Shown piece by piece: positions 58,028 to 64,000 of a stretch of 64,000 nt of DNA (position 1 is the first letter of the stretch; the number at the start of each line of letters is the position of its first letter). Position numbers and translations under genes: made by a program. The notes beneath the pieces are model-generated. The model ran no database searches and had not been told where the DNA came from. It saw only the letters and a list, made by a program, of their open reading frames with translations. Source of the DNA: an uncultured virus (IMG/VR IMGVR_UViG_3300028564_000002) (taxonomy: Duplodnaviria; Heunggongvirae; Uroviricota; Caudoviricetes); the IMG/VR virus record IMGVR_UViG_3300028564_000002. One strand, 5' to 3'.

Positions 58028-58897
58028 ATGGGTGGCGGAAGTTGGACAACTGAAAATTTCGTAAATTATTCTAAAAGTCTCAGCAGAGGTTTATCTGCTG
58101 ACGGCTCAGTAAATATAAAGAATTGTTCTGCGCAGGCAGTTTATACTGCCCGCTGGCTTGACCCTGTTCTTGACCCTAAGAATAAGATAAGAGAGTGTTG
58201 CGATTCAGCAGAGCATCCTAATACTATCCCTGTAATTCTTGCTCTTGACGTAACTGGCTCAATGGGTCGTTCTGCTGTCGAGGTAGCATCTGAACTTAAC
58301 AACATTATGACAGAACTTTACAAGGACATGACAGACGTTGAGTTCATGATTATGGGTATCGGTGACTGTGCATATGACGATGCTCCGCTTCAGGTATCAC
58401 AGTTTGAATCTGATATTCGTATTGCAGAACAGCTTGATAAACTCTATTTCGAGGGCGGCGGTGGAGGAAATTCTTTCGAGTCATATACAGCCGCTTGGCA
58501 GTTTGCAAATGACAATACAAAACTCGACTGTTGGAAGAGAGGCAAGAAGGGTATTATCATTACTATGGGTGACGAGAATCTGAACCCATATCTTGCTACG
58601 GGTTATGACGAAGCCGTTGGCAGAGAAGGTAAGGATACTCCTGTCCTTTACAAGGAAGTAACTCAGAAGTATGATGTTTACCACATTAACGTAAAGCACG
58701 ACGGCTACAACAGAGTAGATAAGCATACATGGACAGACGTAATCGGTGAAGACAACTACTTTGAAAGTGAAGTAAAGGGAATAGCACAGCTTATTCCTAA
58801 TATTATCAGAGAGCATGAAGGAGCAACTTCAATAGCCGTTCCAGTAGATTGTGCTACTGATGTAAGTTTTGACGAGAACGGCGCAATAGTCTGGTAA
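58028..58897 (+). CDS. vWA-domain protein
   Basis: MIDAS motif LDVTGSM, plus GGGGN.ESY and TMGDE. Confidence 0.8.
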   Translation: MGGGSWTTENFVNYSKSLSRGLSADGSVNIKNCSAQAVYTARWLDPVLDPKNKIRECCDSAEHPNTIPVILALDVTGSMGRSAVEVASELNNIMTELYKDMTDVEFMIMGIGDCAYDDAPLQVSQFESDIRIAEQLDKLYFEGGGGGNSFESYTAAWQFANDNTKLDCWKRGKKGIIITMGDENLNPYLATGYDEAVGREGKDTPVLYKEVTQKYDVYHINVKHDGYNRVDKHTWTDVIGEDNYFESEVKGIAQLIPNIIREHEGATSIAVPVDCATDVSFDENGAIVW

Positions 58898-58909
58898 AGG
58901 AGAATATAA

Positions 58910-60058
58910 ATGGCGGAAATAAAAATCGTATCAGGTCTTAACTATGGTGACGAATCTAAAGGACTCGTTGCCAATGCAGTATCAACTCCGACCTGTCTTA
59001 ATATCTTACCCTCAAACTCTTGTCAGAGGGCACATACTGTTGTTCATAATGGTGTAAGAAGAGTTTTCCGTCACTTTGGTAGCGGTACTCTTAAAGGTGC
59101 CGCTACATATTTTTCTGAAGAGTTTATGGTAAATCCTGCTATGTTCAGACGTGAATGGGAAGAGCTTGAAGCTATGGGAATTACTCCCAAAGTCTATGCA
59201 AAAATAGGCGGTGTTATGGTATCTCCTGTTGATATGTTTGCCAACATAAATGTTGAGGGGCGCCGCGGCGATAATTCTCATTCATCTACAGGATGCGGCG
59301 TTTGGGAATCATTAAATCGTCATAGGGTTTGTACTGAAATGGCAGGTACACCTCACTATCATTTTGATACTTTAATCAAATATTATGAGGATGTTCTTAG
59401 GGATAAAGATGGTACACTGCCAGAGGATATTACTGATTTTCTTCATGGAGAATATCTCGAACAAAATATTGACGAAGATTTCCACTGGTTTTATGACCAT
59501 ATTACCTTGATTAAGAGCGACGAGGAAGAAAAAGCACTTCTCCATTCCTATCCTCTTCTTGTCTTTGAAAATGGACAGGGACTTCTTCTTGCGGATGACC
59601 ATAGCTATGACTATGAACACAATACTCCTGCATATGTCGGTGCACGTGTTCCTTCTAAAATTATAACCGAAAATTTCGAGCAGAATGAAGTTGACATTGA
59701 GGCTCTCTATGTAACTCGTTCATACCTTACTCGTCATGGCAAGGGACAAATAGGTCAGACTTCTAATCTTGAATGTAAGAAGGAAGATATCAATCCCGAT
59801 ATGGTTGACCTTACAAACGTTCCTAACCCTTATCAGGGCACTTTACGTTACGGCAAATTCGACAAGCGTGAAGCTGATGCCGCAGTAGCGAGAGCTATCA
59901 GAGACTCAAAGTACTTCTCTATGAAGGGATGGAAAGCAACTCCATCACTTGTTGTAACTCACATCAACGAGTTCGCAGGACCAGAGATACTTACGGCGGC
60001 GAAGGGTAACATCAAGCTTTACACTTCTGATAATGAAGAGTCTATAAATTTAAAATAA
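58910..60058 (+). CDS. Divergent adenylosuccinate synthetase-like protein
   Basis: NYGDESKG, HTV, STGCG, FENGQGLLL, TRSYLTRHG and LRYG. Confidence 0.8.
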   Translation: MAEIKIVSGLNYGDESKGLVANAVSTPTCLNILPSNSCQRAHTVVHNGVRRVFRHFGSGTLKGAATYFSEEFMVNPAMFRREWEELEAMGITPKVYAKIGGVMVSPVDMFANINVEGRRGDNSHSSTGCGVWESLNRHRVCTEMAGTPHYHFDTLIKYYEDVLRDKDGTLPEDITDFLHGEYLEQNIDEDFHWFYDHITLIKSDEEEKALLHSYPLLVFENGQGLLLADDHSYDYEHNTPAYVGARVPSKIITENFEQNEVDIEALYVTRSYLTRHGKGQIGQTSNLECKKEDINPDMVDLTNVPNPYQGTLRYGKFDKREADAAVARAIRDSKYFSMKGWKATPSLVVTHINEFAGPEILTAAKGNIKLYTSDNEESINLK

Positions 60059-60183
60059 TAAAAATTTGACTTTTCTGAAAAATAATAGTATAATATATAT
60101 AGAAAGTTAAGAGATTAAGTAATTTAATAATTGATGATTTGATTTTATCAAAAACAACTTATTTATGGAAGGAGTGATGCTAT

Positions 60184-61104
60184 ATGATGCCAATTTTATA
60201 TATGATGATTGGCGTTCCTTAACCAGGCTCTGGTAAGTCATTCATTGCTCGTGACCTTGGTTGCCCTATTGTCTCCTCAGATGATATCCGAGCAGAATTG
60301 TTCGGTTCTGAGGACGACCAGTCTCATAATGGCGAGGTATTCAACGAGCTTCATAAGCGTATAAAGAGCTACCTTGCGAATGGGCAGTCTTGTGTTTATG
60401 ACGCAACGAATTTATCTCGTAAGCGTAGAAAGAATTTTTTAAAGGAACTTCCTAAGGACGTTAAGAAGATTGCTGTAGTAGCGGCTACGGAAATCGACGT
60501 TATCTTAGAGCAGAACGCTAATCGTATGCGTCACGTTCCTGTTGATGTTATCATGAGAATGTTTAAGACTATGACTCTTCCTCGTCTTGACGAGGGCTGG
60601 AACTCAATTTGTCTTATCCCTAATCCTAAGAACAAGACAACTCTTGGTGAGTATTTGTATGACTGCTACGGTGTAGACCATGACAATCCTCACCACTCTG
60701 CAAACATCTTCGACCACATGATTGAAGCAGGAGCATATGCAAATGCACACGCAGATGAAAAGGGTCTTGACAGAGACCAGAAGCATCTTGCTCGCACTGC
60801 CGCCCTGTTCCATGATATTGGCAAGCCTATTGTAAAGTCTCGTATGAAGGCTAACGGTCAGCTTGATGATAAGTCTCACTACTACAATCATGCCGAAATC
60901 GGAGCATACATGATTGCTTGCTGTGTAGGACAGTTCTCTGAAAAGCAGTATGAGTTTTACAAGAAGTTAATTGTTCTTGTTCAGTGGCATATGGATAGCT
61001 ATGCTAACCCTAACCACTACCTTGACGATTTTGAGACATCTTACGGCGGCGAAATGAGAAAGGTTCTCGAACTGGTTCATGAAGCCGATATGCACGCTCA
61101 CTAA
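60184..61104 (+). CDS. Polynucleotide kinase (AAA_33) plus HD domain, with an in-frame TAA inside Walker A
   Basis: MIGVP*PGSGKS, SSDDIR, YDATN, HHSANIFDH, HDIGK, YNHAE and HEAD. Confidence 0.75.
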
Positions 61105-61113
61105 GGAGGATAT

Positions 61114-61287
61114 ATGTTTATACTTTTGATACTTTTAAGTCTTGCCAATGCTATCGTATGTATGGGCTTTATTGTTGCGGAGTTTAAAGACAGAAAGACT
61201 CCAAGAAAAGGCAGGGTTATTTTTGAAGGTTTCAATATAATTTACTACATATGGTTTGCGGCATATGTTTATTTTAAATTAATTTGA
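61114..61287 (+). CDS. Small two-TM membrane protein
   Basis: RBS and two hydrophobic segments. Confidence 0.45.
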   Translation: MFILLILLSLANAIVCMGFIVAEFKDRKTPRKGRVIFEGFNIIYYIWFAAYVYFKLI

Positions 61288-61383
61288 GTTAAAAATTTGA
61301 CTTTTTTCTAAATTTATGATATAATTATTATAGAAACGGTGAGAGAATATTACATTTAATTATCGTTTCCACTTCTTAAAATT

Positions 61384-61578
61384 TAGGGGTCAGCCCTAAT
61401 ACAATAGCTTGGAAACAAGAGTGTATGGCGAAAGTATGAGATACGAACTTGTTCGGCAATTCAGTCCGACAGGTCTCGTATCGAAATGCTTCAATGGGTC
61501 GCCAAGTTCCTTTGGGAATGTGGGAAGAAAACAGGTGGTGTCGCAAAGGGTAGCTCCCTCCACCTGTTAAGACCACTT
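61384..61578 (+). ncRNA. Unidentified structured RNA
   Basis: GC-richer than its flanks; stems GATACGA/TCGTATC and AACAGGTGG/CCACCTGTT; lies just after the promoter at 61297. Confidence 0.5.
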
Positions 61579-61593
61579 TAAAGCGACATTAAT

Positions 61594-61686
61594 GCGGTAT
61601 TGGTGTAATGGTAACATATCTGAAATGTCGGGTTCGACCCCGCATCCGAACAGAGGTTGCGAGTTCGACTCTCGTATACCGCTCCA
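61594..61686 (+). tRNA. tRNA-Gly-like RNA whose anticodon loop is replaced by an extra hairpin
   Basis: Acceptor GCGGTAT/ATACCGC + T-CCA, D arm, T arm GCGAG-TTCGACT-CTCGT, and a 28-nt segment between TCTG and CAGA. Confidence 0.7.
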
Positions 61687-61788
61687 TTATGAGGCGCACA
61701 CAGCAACTTATAAACAAAAGAAAATGTTTTTAATTTGGTGAAAAACTCTATCTTTATTTATATGCGTCTTGTGAATTCATATTTGGCG

Positions 61789-61869
61789 TACCTACCACGC
61801 CTCTGCCAGAACTTAAGCAGGATGGTCGCGACATCGTGTGAGGAGTCAGGTTAAGCGTACCACGGTAGG
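61789..61869 (+). ncRNA. Unidentified multibranch structured RNA
   Basis: Stems ACCTACC/GGTAGGT, ACGC/GCGT, CTGC/GCAG and GATG/CATC. Confidence 0.4.
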
Positions 61870-61931
61870 TCTTTAAACCCATCTTATTTTAAGATTTGGA
61901 GAATAACTTGTGGGGGTTCATTCTCCAATAT

Positions 61932-62008
61932 CTTCCATTAGTCCAACTGGTAGAGACACATAGCTCAAACCTATGACAGTCTCGGTTCGAATCCGAGATG
62001 GAAGACCA
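61932..62008 (+). tRNA. tRNA-Leu(CAA) with a short variable loop
   Basis: CTTCCAT/ATGGAAG, CATAG-CTCAAAC-CTATG, CTCGG-TTCGAAT-CCGAG and ACCA end. Confidence 0.85.
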
Positions 62009-62063
62009 ATTCTAAAAAGTTAGATTTATGAAGACAATATGTAATAATACAATTTATAATGAC

Positions 62064-63534
62064 CAAGCCAGAAAACCCCTAATCTTTAGATTAGGGGATG
62101 AATGGCTAATACACAATCCAACCTAAGTTGGCATAAATTGATTGTAATTTTAGTTATTTTAGTATATAATATACATATAGCAAATATTAAAGAAAGGAGG
62201 TTAATAAAGCATGGAATATGCAGTACAAAGTAATGTAATTCGTGGACTTACAAAAGAACAACATCAGATTTTAACAGAGTTGTGCCAATATTCAAATAAT
62301 CTCTATAATGTAGCACTTTACAATATTAGACAGTATTTCTTTGCTCAAAATAAGTTTTTAACTTATGAAAGCAATTATCACGAATGTAAGGATAATGAAA
62401 ATTACAGTTTACTACAAGCTGGTGTTGCACAACAGACTATGAAAGTAGTAGACAGGTCTTTTAAGTCATTCTTTAACTTACTTAAAAAGTGCAAGCAAGG
62501 CGAATATCGTTACAATGATGTTAAGATTCCACACTATCGCAAGAAAGGTGGACTTTTTAACCTTGTGTTATCTACCAATGCTATTTCTATCAAAGATGGG
62601 TATTTCAAAATTCCTATGAGTAGAGAATATCGCAAACTTAAAAACTACAAAGACGATATTAAGATACCGTTTCCTAGTAGATTACAGGATAAAACTATTA
62701 AAGAAGTTCGTATATTGCCTTGTAGTAATGGTAAGTATTTTAAGGTACAGTATGTCTATGTTGTAGAGCAAGAAATTAAGACTTTAGATAAGGATAAAGT
62801 TATGGCTATTGATATAGGAGTAGAAAACCTTGCTACTTGTGTTTCCAATGTAATGACACCATTCATTATGGATGGTCGTAGGATTAAATCAATCAACCAG
62901 TATTGGAATAAGCAAATGGCAAAGTGTAAATCTATTGCTATGAAACAGCAAAAGACATCTAAAGTCACTACAAACCGTATTCAAAGACTTACTACTAAAA
63001 GAAATAATCAGGTTACTGACTGTATTAAGAAAACAGCTAGATATATTATCAATCAATGCCTTGCAAATAATATAGGAACTTTAATTGTGGGTTATAACAA
63101 AGATTTCAAGCGTTCTGTAAATATAGGAAAGCAGAATAATCAAAACTTTACACAATTACCATTTGGTAGTCTAAGAGAGCAATTACAATTCTTATGTTGG
63201 AAGTATGGTATTGAGTACATAGAAGTAGAAGAAAGTTATACATCAAAGAGTAGTTTTTTGGATAATGATGAATTACCAGAGTATAGACCAGAGCAACCAT
63301 ATACAAAAGGTTTTAGTGGTAAAAGAATAAAAAGAGGGCTATACCAAAGTAAGAATGGTACAACTATCAATGCAGATGTAAATGGAGCATATAATATATT
63401 AAGAAAAGGTAAGCAGGACTTCACTTGTGAAGAACTGTCTAGTGGGCTATTGGCAAGTCCGTTACGAATAAGGTTGTCGTAAGGCAACAAACTTGGTAAG
63501 AATCCCCGATGCTTTAGCATCGTGGGAGTGTCAA
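62064..63534 (+). mobile_element. IS200/IS605-family element carrying tnpB only
   Basis: Left hairpin CCCCTAATC-TTTA-GATTAGGGG; right hairpin CGATGC-TTTA-GCATCG followed by the TCAA end; no tnpA. Confidence 0.8.
62211..63482 (+). CDS. tnpB: TnpB RNA-guided nuclease
   Basis: LYNVALY, AIDIGVENL, EESYTS and NADVNGAYNIL. Confidence 0.9.
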   Translation: MEYAVQSNVIRGLTKEQHQILTELCQYSNNLYNVALYNIRQYFFAQNKFLTYESNYHECKDNENYSLLQAGVAQQTMKVVDRSFKSFFNLLKKCKQGEYRYNDVKIPHYRKKGGLFNLVLSTNAISIKDGYFKIPMSREYRKLKNYKDDIKIPFPSRLQDKTIKEVRILPCSNGKYFKVQYVYVVEQEIKTLDKDKVMAIDIGVENLATCVSNVMTPFIMDGRRIKSINQYWNKQMAKCKSIAMKQQKTSKVTTNRIQRLTTKRNNQVTDCIKKTARYIINQCLANNIGTLIVGYNKDFKRSVNIGKQNNQNFTQLPFGSLREQLQFLCWKYGIEYIEVEESYTSKSSFLDNDELPEYRPEQPYTKGFSGKRIKRGLYQSKNGTTINADVNGAYNILRKGKQDFTCEELSSGLLASPLRIRLS

Positions 63535-63548
63535 AGGGGAGAATACTT

Positions 63549-64000
63549 ATGGGAGGAGACATCAAATTTATAATTCAATCTGACAGTGGTTTATTTCCTG
63601 AGTCAGACATACTACGTAATGTAATACATGAGACAGTAGGCTCAAGACCATGGAGTGTGTCTTATGAACAAATAGGGTTTGAGAAATTCAAAAGAGGACT
63701 ATCTACAAACAGTGAAAGATATAAAAATCACTTTCCATTCGGCAGCATAAACTTCGTAGAATATTGGTTAAAGCATTACTATAATAGGATTATGCAACCA
63801 ATAGAAGTACCAAGCATACTGAGAACAGATGAAATGCTAAAGAGAGATTATAAGATACTTACTAAAGATAAAATCCCACATCATGGGAGATATTTTATCA
63901 AGAATGTAAGTAGATTAAAGTCTGGTAGTTTTCTTGGTGACGCTGAAAAATGGCATATTGCATATAAGGGTGACTATGACGGCAATTCAATATTCTCTGT
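63549..64000 (+). CDS. Putative ATP-grasp (DUF4343-like) protein, partial
   Basis: PFGSINFV...PIEVP..LR...LKRDY...YFIK; runs off the window edge. Confidence 0.5.
   Translation, partial: MGGDIKFIIQSDSGLFPESDILRNVIHETVGSRPWSVSYEQIGFEKFKRGLSTNSERYKNHFPFGSINFVEYWLKHYYNRIMQPIEVPSILRTDEMLKRDYKILTKDKIPHHGRYFIKNVSRLKSGSFLGDAEKWHIAYKGDYDGNSIFS

Noticed and set aside
58910..60058. PurZ / Z-genome
   Set aside because: It keeps the PurA-type Asp (GDE) rather than the PurZ Ser, and no clear DatZ/MazZ is adjacent.
61384..61578. tmRNA
   Set aside because: Too short, with no T-arm/CCA end or tag ORF.
61932..62008. UCA (Sec or opal suppressor) tRNA
   Set aside because: The 7-nt loop CTCAAAC centres on CAA, and TGA is used as a true stop.

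Overview
This window is part of a large, AT-rich tailed-phage genome, probably infecting a gut or rumen Firmicute (inferred from sigmaA-type promoters, AGGAG RBSs and the GH25/GH113/HPr-like genes). It uses a recoded genetic code: TAG is read as sense, most likely Gln (code 15), so the supplied ORF track fragments many genes. Positions 1-25 kb (minus strand) form a replication and nucleotide module: DnaB with an Ala-start intein, PIN-PhoH, a Sak4-like ATPase, a putative SSB, GyrA/GyrB, an anaerobic RNR cluster (FTR-like, NrdG, NrdD, NrdH), RNase H and DNA ligase. This module carries five group I introns: one in the ATPase, one in gyrB and three in nrdD. Positions 25-44 kb (plus strand) hold a TAG-rich putative virion/lysis module: an LRR adhesin with hypervariable repeats, a GH113 mannanase, a GH25 lysin, three large paralogues and an M15 peptidase. 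Positions 44-64 kb hold accessory genes: UvrD, ThyX with an intein, a membrane GIY-YIG protein, ADP-ribosylhydrolase, an RNA ligase invaded by a homing endonuclease that replaced its 3' end, vWA plus PurA-like genes, and PNK-HD with a CCT-TAA-CCA possible stop-hop. A cluster of tRNA-like and structured RNAs and a TnpB element follow. All calls were made by eye; no database searches were run.
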